Origin: Candidatus Eiseniibacteriota bacterium
GTDB lineage: Bacteria > Eisenbacteria > RBG-16-71-46 > CAIMUX01 > VGJL01
DNA length: 64,000 bases
Reading direction: 5' to 3'
Assembly (NCBI GenBank): GCA_963792585.1
Contig: CAWBWI010000006.1
Coordinates: 768,001-832,000 of the forward strand
Below are positions 51,399 through 61,207 of this stretch, in pieces; within the stretch, counting starts at the first letter, position 1, and each line of letters starts with the position of its first letter. The notes below the pieces were generated by a model. The model worked only from the letters and a program-made list of their open reading frames with translations. It made no database searches and was not told the origin of the DNA. Made by a program: the position numbers and the translations under genes.

Positions 51399-53044
51399 CG
51401 GGTCGAGGGTCCCTCCTTGGCGTCGGCGCGGGCCATCGCCTCGTCGAGCGTTCCCTCGCTCCGGAGGATCGCATACTCGTAGCCCTCGAGCAGGCATTGC
51501 CAGATCGCGCGGTCAAGGTCGGTCGAGACCGCCACGGTCCCCCACCGGTGCTCGCCCCTCTGGAATTGCAGCGTGACGCGCACGCGCTTGCCCTTCTCGC
51601 TGCGAGAGTGAACGAAGTAGGCATGGAAATCCGAGACCGCGACCGACCCGATCCATGGATAGTCCGTCGCCAGCGCCGCGGAGAGCGCTCGGGAATGGGT
51701 CTGGACCGGGCCCTGAGCCTCCGCACCGCCTTGGCGCATCAGGTCTCCAACCGTGATCTCGACGGTGGTGCGCGTCGATCCGCCGTTGTCGGGCTTGCCG
51801 GAACTCAGCGTCTCGCAGCGCGAGATCGTGAAGGGCGCGTGGTAGATCCCGAGATGCTGGCGAACGATGAGTTCGAAGCTCGCCTCGGCGCTCTCGAAGA
51901 CGTATCCCTCGTTCTCGAGATCCATCACCCGATCGAGGATTCGCTTGAGGAGAGCCTTGTCCGAACTGCGCTCCCCGATCATCTTCGTCAACTTGTCCTG
52001 GACGTTGCTCGTCCCCGACAGCTCGCTGATCAGCATGTGGCGCGCGTTTCCGACGCTCTCCGGCGGCACGTGCTCATACGTAGAGACGTTCTTCAACACC
52101 GCGTGCACGTGCATCCCGCCCTTGTGCGTGAAGGCGGCGGGCCCGACGTACGGCTGATGGATCTGAGGCGAGAGGTTCGCCAGCTCGTCGACGAAGCGAC
52201 TCACCGAGACCAGGCGCTTCAGGCTTTCGGGACCGTCGAGCACTTCGTAGCCGAGCTTGAGCGCGAGGTTCGCGATCACCGGAATGAGGTCGACGTTTCC
52301 GCACCGCTCGCCGACGCCGTTGATCGTCCCCTGGACCTGAACCGCGCCGTGCTTGACCGCCGTCAGCGCATTCGCGACCGCGACCCCGGAGTCGTTGTGA
52401 AGGTGGACGCCGACGCGCGCGCCGGGCATCGCCGCGCGGATCGCCGCGAAGATCTCGGCCAACTCATCCGGCATCGTCCCACCGTTGGTGTCGCAAAGGC
52501 AGAGCAGCCGCGCGCCGTTGGTCGCCGCCGCCTTGAGCGTAGCGAGCGCGTACTCCGCGTTGCGCTTGAAGCCGTCGAAGAACTGCTCCGCGTCGTAGAT
52601 CACCTCACGCTTGCTCGCGGTGAGAAACGCCACGCTCTCGCCGATCATCTTCAGATTCTCGTCCAAGGAGACCTGCAGGACCTCGCGCACGTGGAAGTCG
52701 GAGGTCTTGCCGACGAGGGCGATCGCCGGGGCCTGGGACTCGACGAGGGCGACCATGCCCGGATCCTCGGCGGCGGGGATCCCCTTGCGTCGGGTCATTC
52801 CAAAAGCGGCGACCTTGGCGTGGCGGAGAGGCTGCGTGCGGATCTCGCGAAAGAAAGCGACGTCCTTCGGATTCGAGAGTGGATACCCCCCCTCCACGTA
52901 GTCGACGCCGAGGAGGTCCAGCTCCCGGGCGATGGCCACCTTGTCCTCGAGGGACAGGTTGAAGCCCAGACCTTGGGTTCCATCGCGTAACGTGGTGTCG
53001 TATATTTCGATGCGACGTCCTGGCACGATCGTTCCTTCCGGCAT
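51395..53044 (-). CDS. cimA: Citramalate synthase-like DRE-TIM enzyme with divergent regulatory domain
   Basis: YDTTLRDGTQG, EGGYPLSNPKD, CDTNGG, HLHNDSG, GERCGN, HKGGMHV, SELSG, FESAEASFEL. Confidence 0.85.
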   Translation of the reverse strand: MPEGTIVPGRRIEIYDTTLRDGTQGLGFNLSLEDKVAIARELDLLGVDYVEGGYPLSNPKDVAFFREIRTQPLRHAKVAAFGMTRRKGIPAAEDPGMVALVESQAPAIALVGKTSDFHVREVLQVSLDENLKMIGESVAFLTASKREVIYDAEQFFDGFKRNAEYALATLKAAATNGARLLCLCDTNGGTMPDELAEIFAAIRAAMPGARVGVHLHNDSGVAVANALTAVKHGAVQVQGTINGVGERCGNVDLIPVIANLALKLGYEVLDGPESLKRLVSVSRFVDELANLSPQIHQPYVGPAAFTHKGGMHVHAVLKNVSTYEHVPPESVGNARHMLISELSGTSNVQDKLTKMIGERSSDKALLKRILDRVMDLENEGYVFESAEASFELIVRQHLGIYHAPFTISRCETLSSGKPDNGGSTRTTVEITVGDLMRQGGAEAQGPVQTHSRALSAALATDYPWIGSVAVSDFHAYFVHSRSEKGKRVRVTLQFQRGEHRWGTVAVSTDLDRAIWQCLLEGYEYAILRSEGTLDEAMARADAKEGPSTR

Positions 53045-53345
53045 TTCACACCTCCCGAGAGCGGTTGCTTCATGGGAATTCGGCCGATGCTCGGGCCTCC
53101 TGAAGCCATGGCTTCCCGCCCCGGACTGTGGAGAATAGACGCCCCCGGGGGGCGCGACAACCGCGGGATCGGGTTCGCGAGGGCGGGCGGGCCTGCGGGC
53201 CGGCCCGCGGGGGACGACCCGTGGTGATCGGCCGCTCGAGGCCCGCTCGGGATCCGCGCCGGATCCGCGCGGGCACACGGCAACGACCACCGCGCCGCAT
53301 GCCACCTGTCGGACGGACCGTTCGTGCGGTAAGATTCGGACCGCA

Positions 53346-54341
53346 ATGCCAGCCAACCTGACGCCCCAATACCAGGCCGCCGAAGAGCGCTTCCGGGCCG
53401 CGCAAACGGTCGAGGAGAAAATCGAAGCGCTGCGTGAGATGCTCTCCACGATCCCCAAGCACAAGGGGACGGAGAAACTCCAGGCGGACATCAAGCGGCG
53501 ACTCGCGAAGTGCCAGCAGGAACAAGAGCAGCGCAAGAAATCGGGCGGGAGGCGCCACGACCCCGGCCATATCCCCCGCGAAGGGGCGGGTCAGGTCGCA
53601 TTGATCGGGCCTCCCAATTCCGGGAAGTCCTCCCTGCTCGCTGCGCTGACCCACGCCCGCCCGGAAGTCGCCGACTACCCCTTCACGACCTCGGCCCCGT
53701 TGCCGGGCATGATGCCTTACGAGGACGTGCAGGTTCAGCTGATCGACACGCCTCCGATGACCGGCGAGCCTTTCGATCCGCTGTTGATCAACATCGCGCG
53801 CAACGCCGACTGCCTTCTGCTCGTCGTCGACCCGAACGACCCCGAGGCGCTCGAGCAGGTCGAGCACGTGCGCGCCTTCTTGACGCGCAGCCGCATTTCC
53901 CCGATCGGACGTCCCGTGCCCGAGGAGTTCACGATCTCCGGGCGCGTGATGCACGTGCATCTGGCGCTGAACAAGCTCGACCTCGAGCCCGACGGGGAGA
54001 TCGTGACGATGCTCCACGAGGCGATCGGGGCAGACCTGCCGCTCCACCGGATCGCCGCAGCCCACGGCGCGGGCCTCGAAGAACTCAGGGGCGCGCTCTA
54101 CAGGCTCCTCGACGTTCTGCGCGTCTACGCCAAGGAGCCGGGCAAGAAGCCCGACATGGCACGACCTTTCGTCATGAAGCGGGGCGCCACGGTCCACGAC
54201 CTGGCGATGATCATCCACAAGGACATCGCCGCGAGCTTCAAGTACGCGCGGATATGGGGATCGGCAAAGTTCGACGGGCAACAGGTCGATCGCGACCACG
54301 TGCTCGCGGACCGCGACGTCGTCGAGATCCACGCGGTCTGA
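53346..54341 (+). CDS. DRG/OBG-family GTPase with TGS domain
   Basis: MPANL, PKHKGTEKL, G1 GPPNSGKS, G2 YPFTT, G4 NKLD, TGS ARIWG...GQQV. Confidence 0.88.
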   Translation: MPANLTPQYQAAEERFRAAQTVEEKIEALREMLSTIPKHKGTEKLQADIKRRLAKCQQEQEQRKKSGGRRHDPGHIPREGAGQVALIGPPNSGKSSLLAALTHARPEVADYPFTTSAPLPGMMPYEDVQVQLIDTPPMTGEPFDPLLINIARNADCLLLVVDPNDPEALEQVEHVRAFLTRSRISPIGRPVPEEFTISGRVMHVHLALNKLDLEPDGEIVTMLHEAIGADLPLHRIAAAHGAGLEELRGALYRLLDVLRVYAKEPGKKPDMARPFVMKRGATVHDLAMIIHKDIAASFKYARIWGSAKFDGQQVDRDHVLADRDVVEIHAV

Positions 54342-54400
54342 TCCAATCTCGGCGCGGGCGCTTCCCCGCACCGAGCCTCACGTAGACCGACGGCGGCGCC

Positions 54401-55081
54401 TCAGGCCGGGGCGACCTCGACGCGGCCGCCCGCGATGCGCACCCTCCCGCCCGCGATCCAGCCGATCGCTTCGGGATAGAGCTCGCGCTCCGCGGTCTGG
54501 ACCCGTTCGGCGAGCGAATCCGGAGTGTCCTTCGCGAGCACCGCGATCCGTCTCTGGGCCAGGATCGGGCCATGATCGTATTCCGGATCGGCGAAGTGGA
54601 CGGTGCAGCCGCTCTCCCGTTCTTCCGCGGCCAGGACCGCCTCGTGCACGTGGTGCCCGTACATCCCGGCGCCGCCGAAACGCGGCAGCAGGGCAGGATG
54701 GACATTGAGGACCGCATAGCGATCGAAGAACGCGCGACCCAGCCGACTCATGAAGCCGCCGAGCGCGACAAGATCGATCGCGAGCGGAGCAAGGAGTTCG
54801 ATCAGCGACGCAGTGTAGGCGTCGTGGTCGAAGACGCCGTCGTGAACAAAATCTCTGCGGGCGAGGACGCGCGTCTCGACAGCCCGCCGGCGCGCGAGCT
54901 CGATGCCCGGCACACCCTCGCGACTGCTCACGACGATCACGAGCTTCGCATCCAGACGCCCCGTACGAATGGCATCGGCGAGGTTCGCCATCGTCGTCCC
55001 TCCACCCGAGATCAAGACGGCGAGACGGAGGGTCCGAGGGTGGGACGGAAGCTGATCGGGTCGCGGGAAGGTCGTTTCCAC
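54401..55081 (-). CDS. purN: Phosphoribosylglycinamide formyltransferase
   Basis: VLISGGGT, LNVHPALLP.FGG.GMYG, GCTVHF..YDHGPI; start uncertain. Confidence 0.92.
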   Translation of the reverse strand: METTFPRPDQLPSHPRTLRLAVLISGGGTTMANLADAIRTGRLDAKLVIVVSSREGVPGIELARRRAVETRVLARRDFVHDGVFDHDAYTASLIELLAPLAIDLVALGGFMSRLGRAFFDRYAVLNVHPALLPRFGGAGMYGHHVHEAVLAAEERESGCTVHFADPEYDHGPILAQRRIAVLAKDTPDSLAERVQTAERELYPEAIGWIAGGRVRIAGGRVEVAPA

Positions 55082-55230
55082 GGTCCGCAGTCTACCATGT
55101 CCGGCTCCGTATCGCGGCCCGCGCCGGAGCGCGCCCGTGATCGAGGGCATGGCCGCGGGAGGTGCGGCGAAGAGACGACCCCTCATCCCCACCTACCCAG
55201 CCACGGGAGAGTCGTATCCGAGGGCGCAGA

Positions 55231-56766
55231 TCAGCGAAAGAAGTCCGCCGCGTGAACGACGGCCAGATGCCCCATCCCCAGCGCGAGCTTCTCGATCTCC
55301 GCGTCCTTGGCGCGCACATCCTCGGGCGCGCTGCCGCCCGAGTAGACGATCGGGGTACGACCGCCTCCCTCGAGAAGCCCCCGGATCGAGTCGGCCTGCG
55401 CGCAGACGAGGACGGCCCGCAGATTCCTGCCGTCGAGATGCGTCTTGAGGGCGGCGTTCACTTGCTCGAGGGTCATCGTATCGAGCGCCGCATCCAGCTC
55501 CGCGACGGTATCGCCTGCGCCACGATGCGCGTCGTCCATCGCTAAGCCGAGCCTTCTCTGCAGGGTCTGCTTCCACAGCCGGCTCACGTTACGCACATGT
55601 TCCCGCGAGATCTCGAACTCCTGCCGGGTCAGCCCGTCGTCGATCAGGTGGCGCAGTTCCCAGATGGCATGGCGCAGGGCGAAGGCTCCGTTCGCGGGTT
55701 GTACCGGACGGATCCAGATCGAGAAGTAGGGGACCGCGCGCCACAGGTTCGTCCTCCCGAAGCGTCCCCAGCCCTCCTGCTCGAAGTGGTCCAGATAGGC
55801 ATAGTCGCCGTAGTTCAGCCCCCGCCTCGAACGCATCTCCCTTTGCAGGCGGCCGTGGAAGGTCCGATGCTCCCCGAACGCGGTCGCCGCAACGTAGAGC
55901 GGCCAATAATCCGGATCGCCGCGCGTGACCGTGTGGGGGAAACCGATCGAGATCGCCGTCGAGCGGGCCGCTTTGTCGATCAACAGGACATCAACTCCGG
56001 CGGGCGGGGGCGCCGTGAACGACCGGACCCGGGCAGGGAGCGGTCCATCGGGAAGTTCCGCGAGGTCATCGCGGACGCGCGCGGCGAAATCCGCGTCGTA
56101 GCTGCCGGCGATGCCCACGTGGACGAGCGGACGGACCATCATCCGCCGGTGGAATCCGCGAACGTCTTCGGCATGGATCGCGTGCAGCCCCGACTCGGTG
56201 CCGATCGCCGCGTGCTCCCAGGGCGTCCCGTGGAAGAGCTGTGACTGGAGCGCCTCTTTCCCGAGTCGCTCGTCTTCCGTTGCCTTGAGGTCGTTGACCA
56301 AAGAACTCAAGGTTGCGTCGCGGAGTCTCTCGATGTCCGTCGACTCGAAGCGCGGATGGAACACGGTCTCCCAGAAGATCGGGTAGAAGGCCGGGAGGTC
56401 TTCCTTTCGCACCCGCGCGCTGAAGACCGTTGTTTCGCGGTCGACGTGGACCTCGATGGAGGCCGCCATCGGGTAGAGTCGCTCGGCAACCTGAGCCTTC
56501 GTGAGGTCGGATGTTCCCCCTTCGGCCGCCGCGCGCATGGTCAGATTGCACAGGCCGAGTCTTCCGTCCGGATCATCGACCGAACCGGTCTCCACGACCA
56601 CGCGCAGCGCCACGGTCGGCGACTCGGCGACCGGAATCTCGACGATCTGCGTGCCGACAGCCGTTTGGGCCGATGCCGCCGCGGCGGGGAGCGACGACAC
56701 GAAGAGAGTCGACACGAGGAGAGCCGACACGAGGAGAGCGAGCGCGATCGGCAACATCCGCTTCAT
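55231..56766 (-). CDS. M16 peptidase non-catalytic subunit
   Basis: GSVDDP.G, no HxxEH, R..RGLNYG; ATGA overlap with partner. Confidence 0.85.
   Translation of the reverse strand: MKRMLPIALALLVSALLVSTLFVSSLPAAAASAQTAVGTQIVEIPVAESPTVALRVVVETGSVDDPDGRLGLCNLTMRAAAEGGTSDLTKAQVAERLYPMAASIEVHVDRETTVFSARVRKEDLPAFYPIFWETVFHPRFESTDIERLRDATLSSLVNDLKATEDERLGKEALQSQLFHGTPWEHAAIGTESGLHAIHAEDVRGFHRRMMVRPLVHVGIAGSYDADFAARVRDDLAELPDGPLPARVRSFTAPPPAGVDVLLIDKAARSTAISIGFPHTVTRGDPDYWPLYVAATAFGEHRTFHGRLQREMRSRRGLNYGDYAYLDHFEQEGWGRFGRTNLWRAVPYFSIWIRPVQPANGAFALRHAIWELRHLIDDGLTRQEFEISREHVRNVSRLWKQTLQRRLGLAMDDAHRGAGDTVAELDAALDTMTLEQVNAALKTHLDGRNLRAVLVCAQADSIRGLLEGGGRTPIVYSGGSAPEDVRAKDAEIEKLALGMGHLAVVHAADFFR
56696..56740. 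repeat. 15-bp tandem repeat x3 inside the signal peptide
   Basis: GACACGARGAGAGYS x3 encoding ALLVS-ALLVS-TLFVS. Confidence 0.8.
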
Positions 56767-58103
56767 GGCTTCGCCTCCTTCCCGACGAGGGTGACCGTGA
56801 TCGTTCGAAGCGGGTCGAGATAACGCTCCGAGGTCTTCATCAGATCCTCCGATGTCACCGAGGCGACGTTCGCGTAGTGCCGTTCGATGCTTCCTGCATC
56901 GCCCGTGAGCGATATGAATTCCGATAGCCTCCACGCGACGCCTCCGGAAGTTTCCAGCGTCAAGGCGAGGGAGGCAAGGGCCCGGCGCTTGGCGTCCTCG
57001 AGTCGCCTTCCTTCGACCGGCTGTTTGGCAACCTGCGCCACCGTGGAGAGGATCCTCGCGCGCACGCTGTCCAGTGCGGAGACCCGCCGAAGGTGCGCCG
57101 AAACGATGAACAGACCCGGATCGCGGGTCCGCTCGAAGTTCGCGCCGATCGACTCGGCCACGCCGCGATCGAGCACGAGATCTCGGTAGATCTCCGATGT
57201 CTCCCCGAACCATAGGTCGCGGATCAACTCGAGGGCGGCCGTCTCCTTCGTCGATTCATCATATGCCGGGGCGCGGAAAGAGATGTCGATCACCGGTCGC
57301 GTCGGGCCTTCCCAGGTCAGGTCTTCACGGACGGCCCCCGCCAACGGCGGTTCCTGCTGCACCACCGGAACGGGGCCGCCGCGCCGCCAGCCGGCATACT
57401 GCTCGCGGACGCGCCGCTCGACGTCGTCGGGATCGAAGTCCCCGGTGACGAGGATCACACACGATTCGGGACGGTAGTAGTGATCGTAGAAGGCGAGCGA
57501 GTAGTCATAGCCGTTGGGCATGCCGCGCACGTCCGCCTCGTAACCCATCGTCGTGTGCCCGTAGGTGTGCTTCTTGAAGGCGAGGGCGGACCGGGTCTCC
57601 TCGATCATCGTTCCCGGATCTCCGCGTCCGATCGAGAACTCGCCCAGCACGGCTCCGGCCTCCTTCTTGAACTGCTCCTCCGTGTAACGGAGGTTCATGA
57701 ATCGGTCCGCTTCCATCTCGATCACCTGAGATAGACCCGACGCGGGGAGTGTCATGTAGTAGCCGGTCATGTCGTTGCCGGTCGACGCATTCCCGTCGGA
57801 GCCCAGCATGTCGAGGACCCGCGCGTATTCCGTCTGCGGAAACTTCGGCGTGCCGCGAAACATCATGTGCTCGAAGAAGTGCGCGTAGCCGGTTCGCCCC
57901 GGCTCCACCTCATTGCGGGACCCCGCCCGCACGATCGTCTCGTAATTGACCACTCCGGGTGTGGGCATCTTCACCATGACGAGGCGAAGCCCGTTCTCGA
58001 GCGCGGCCGTTCGAATCGGGTAGGGAAGCACCTCCCCACGCGCGCGCGGGGCGCGGGCAGAAACCGCGATCAACAGGACCAACAGGCCGACGATGCGCCG
58101 CAT
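56763..58103 (-). CDS. M16 zinc peptidase catalytic subunit
   Basis: Signal peptide; GSRNE, AHFFEHMMFRGT (HxxEH), NAST. Confidence 0.92.
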   Translation of the reverse strand: MRRIVGLLVLLIAVSARAPRARGEVLPYPIRTAALENGLRLVMVKMPTPGVVNYETIVRAGSRNEVEPGRTGYAHFFEHMMFRGTPKFPQTEYARVLDMLGSDGNASTGNDMTGYYMTLPASGLSQVIEMEADRFMNLRYTEEQFKKEAGAVLGEFSIGRGDPGTMIEETRSALAFKKHTYGHTTMGYEADVRGMPNGYDYSLAFYDHYYRPESCVILVTGDFDPDDVERRVREQYAGWRRGGPVPVVQQEPPLAGAVREDLTWEGPTRPVIDISFRAPAYDESTKETAALELIRDLWFGETSEIYRDLVLDRGVAESIGANFERTRDPGLFIVSAHLRRVSALDSVRARILSTVAQVAKQPVEGRRLEDAKRRALASLALTLETSGGVAWRLSEFISLTGDAGSIERHYANVASVTSEDLMKTSERYLDPLRTITVTLVGKEAKP

Positions 58104-58244
58104 GAACCCCCCTTTCGCGGGCGGGGGGCGGAATCCCGGCGGGCCGCACGGCCCGCGACTGCCCCGGTCACCCACATGGACATGGAGGAGCGTACTCGGA
58201 ATACGCTGCATAGGAAAGCAAGACAAGCAGTTGAGAGATTTTCG

Positions 58245-58284
58245 TTGACGTCTTTGACTTGCTGTACTATTCTGTACTAGTACA
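58245..58284 (+). promoter_or_regulatory. Sigma70 promoter overlapped by a YtrA-type operator
   Basis: TTGACG (58245) -17 bp- TATTCT (58268); perfect TGTACTA-N8-TAGTACA inverted repeat 58263-58284; RBS GAGGAG follows. Confidence 0.8.
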
Positions 58285-58297
58285 TAGAGGAGCAAGC

Positions 58298-58711
58298 ATG
58301 CGCTATCTCATAATCGACACGCAAAGCGCCGTTCCGGTCTATCTCCAGATCATGGAGCAGGTCCGCACGCGCGTGACCGATGGCGACCTCCCGCCAGGAT
58401 CGCCCATCCCCTCGGTACGCCAGATGGCGACGGACCTCGGGATCAACCCGAACACCGTCGCCAAGGCCTACATGCTTCTCGAGCGGGAGGGAATCATCCT
58501 CACGGTGCGCCGTCGCGGGACCTTCGTATCCGAGATGGCCCTCGCCCGAGCCCGGCAATCGCTGGATGCTCGAATCGACACCACCGTCGATCGGATCGTC
58601 GACGAGGTCGTCGCGCTCGGGATCGACAAGACACAGCTCCTCGCCGCACTCCGCCGTAAGCTGGGCGGCAGACCTTCCGACGACGACCCTACCGGAGGTA
58701 CGAAGCGATGA
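58298..58711 (+). CDS. GntR family regulator, YtrA subfamily
   Basis: PVYLQI, PSVRQMA..LGINPNTVAKAY..LE.EG, GTFV; short C-terminus. Confidence 0.92.
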   Translation: MRYLIIDTQSAVPVYLQIMEQVRTRVTDGDLPPGSPIPSVRQMATDLGINPNTVAKAYMLLEREGIILTVRRRGTFVSEMALARARQSLDARIDTTVDRIVDEVVALGIDKTQLLAALRRKLGGRPSDDDPTGGTKR

Positions 58712-59610
58712 AGATCCCCCTTCTCTATTTGACGATCTCGCTGCAGGTGGTGGCGTTCCAGCTCATCTGGATTCGCATCAACCGCCGCCTCCCCGATCTG
58801 CTCATCGGCACTCCGACAATGCCGGAGCCGACCGCGCGCCGCGTGGCCGCCTTTCGAGAGCGCACCGGCCGGACCCGCATCCTCCTCGGCGTCCTTTACC
58901 TGATCCTGGCCGCCCTTGCCGCGTTCGTCGTGCCGCTCGATCTCGGCCACCGCAAGCTCGCGCTCGGCGTGATCTCCCTCCTGTCGAGCGGAACCCTCGT
59001 CGGGGGATTCGTCTCCGATGTGCGGACGGTCAACCGGTTCCGGACGGGCCTGCCCGACCCGCAGGTGCGGGTCGCGGGGCTGAAACCCCGCTCCATCTCG
59101 CTTGCCTACCCCCCTGCGTGGGAAGCCCTCCCCATCGCCCTCATCCTGGCGACGCTCACGGCGACGGTCTGGGCAATGCACCATGGCGTCCTCGAGTTCG
59201 GGGTCCGCGTATTGGCAAGGCCCACCGTCCAGATCTTCTATTTCCTCATTACCATGGCCCTCACGGTCTTTCAGGTCCGATCCGGTTCTTGCCTGACCTG
59301 GAGGGCACGGAACTTCCAGGTCTCTCCCGATCAGGCTCTGGCTCTCTCCGAGAGGATCAACCGCCGGGAGATTCTCTTCCTGTTCTACTGCCGCGTCGCG
59401 ATTGTCCTCATGCTCGGGGTCGGGCAGACACGGATCATCCGCGAAGCGATGGGGCATCCCCGCTCGACGATCCTCGAGATCGCCGAGGGCGCCATCCTCC
59501 TGGCGCTCCTCGGTCAACTGATCATCCAATTGCTGCGGCATCCCATTCGAACCATGAGAGCGTCCGCCCCGCTCGGCGATGCGGACCGGAGAAACGGAGG
59601 CGCCTCGTGA
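58708..59610 (+). CDS. Multi-pass membrane protein of unknown function
   Basis: About seven hydrophobic segments; ATGA overlap with the regulator. Confidence 0.7.
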   Translation: MKIPLLYLTISLQVVAFQLIWIRINRRLPDLLIGTPTMPEPTARRVAAFRERTGRTRILLGVLYLILAALAAFVVPLDLGHRKLALGVISLLSSGTLVGGFVSDVRTVNRFRTGLPDPQVRVAGLKPRSISLAYPPAWEALPIALILATLTATVWAMHHGVLEFGVRVLARPTVQIFYFLITMALTVFQVRSGSCLTWRARNFQVSPDQALALSERINRREILFLFYCRVAIVLMLGVGQTRIIREAMGHPRSTILEIAEGAILLALLGQLIIQLLRHPIRTMRASAPLGDADRRNGGAS

Positions 59611-59733
59611 ACAGGTCCTCTCCCCCGCCGCCGCTTTCCTTCAGTGAGAAGGTCGGCCGGCCGAAATCGTGTATGATTTCGTGTTCGCAGAAATGAGTGA
59701 CGGTACACGGCCGCGCCGAGGAGAGGAGGGGCC

Positions 59734-61101
59734 ATGCCCGATCGACGGATTGACCTGACGGAGCGGGAGATTCCGCGCCAGTGGTACAACATTGTGCCCG
59801 ACATGCCCGTGAAGCCGCCCCCTCCGCTGCATCCGGGGACCGGACAACCCATCGGCCCCGAGGCGCTGACGCCGATCTTTCCGATGGGACTGATCCTGCA
59901 GGAGGTTTCCACTGACAGATGGATCCCGATTCCGGAGGAAGTCCTCGACGTCTACCGCCTCTGGCGGCCCACCCCTCTCTTCCGCGCGGACAGGCTCGAG
60001 AAGGCCCTCGGAACCCCGGCGAAGATCTACTACAAGTACGAAGGGGTCAGCCCCGCGGGAAGCCACAAGACGAACACCTCGGTTCCGCAGGCCTACTACA
60101 ACATGAAGGAGGGAGTGAAGCGGATCGCGACCGAGACCGGCGCCGGGCAATGGGGATGCGCGCTGGCCTTCGCCACCCAGAAGTTCGGCTTGGAGTGCAA
60201 GGTCTACATGGTGCGCGTCTCGCACGATGCCAGAAGCCCTATCGCCGGTCGATGATGCGGACCTGGGGCGCCTCGGTCGTCGCCAGCCCGTCGAATGAGA
60301 CGGCCGCGGGGCGGAAGTTCCTCGAACAGGACCCGAACAACCCCGGCAGCCTCGGCATCGCGATCAGCGAGGCGGTCGAGGACGCCGCGACGCGCGAGGA
60401 CACGAAGTACGCCCTCGGCAGCGTTCTGAATCACGTGCTTCTGCACCAGACCGTGATCGGACTCGAGGCGAAGAAGGCGTTCGAGAAGACGGGCGATTAC
60501 CCCGACGTGGTCATCGGATGCACCGGCGGCGGCAGCAACTTCGCCGGCATCACCTTCCCGTTCCTCGCGGACAAGTTCGCGGGACGCAAGATCCGCATCG
60601 TCGCCGCCGAACCGGCCTCCTGCCCGAGCCTCACGCGCGGGGAGTTCCGCTACGACTTCGGCGACACGGCCCAGACGACGCCGCTCTTGCCGATGTACAC
60701 GCTCGGGCACACTTACATGCCGCCCTACGATTCACTCCGGGGGTCTGCGCTACCACGGGATGGCGCCGCTGGTGAGTCAGCTCGTCGCGAGCAAGCTCGT
60801 CGAACCGGTCGCCTACATGCAGACGGAGTGCTTCGATGCCGGCGTTCTCTTCGCCAGGACGGAAGGGATCCTCCCCGCGCCGGAGTCGATGCACGCGATC
60901 CGCGCCACCCTCGTCGAAGCGGAACGTTGCCGCAAGGATGGCAAGGCGGAGACGATCCTCTTCAACCTCAGCGGCCACGGGCACCTCGACCTCGCCGCCT
61001 ACGACGCCTACTTCGCCGGCGAGCTCGGGGACCATGCCCTCGCCCAGTCCGACCTCGACGCCGCGATGGCGGCGATCTCGGGCCTGCCCAGGATCACGTA
61101 G
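59734..61101 (+). CDS. trpB2: TrpB2-type tryptophan synthase beta-like PLP enzyme (frameshifts ~60227 and ~60727)
   Basis: [44 protein letters not shown]. Confidence 0.9.
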
Positions 61102-61207
61102 GCGGAAGCCCGTAGGAGCGACGGCTCCGGGCCGCCCTCCGGGCGCGGTCCGGAGCCGGATCCTTAGTTGCCCCGCCCCGACAGTCTGGGGATAATCCGT
61201 CCAATGC

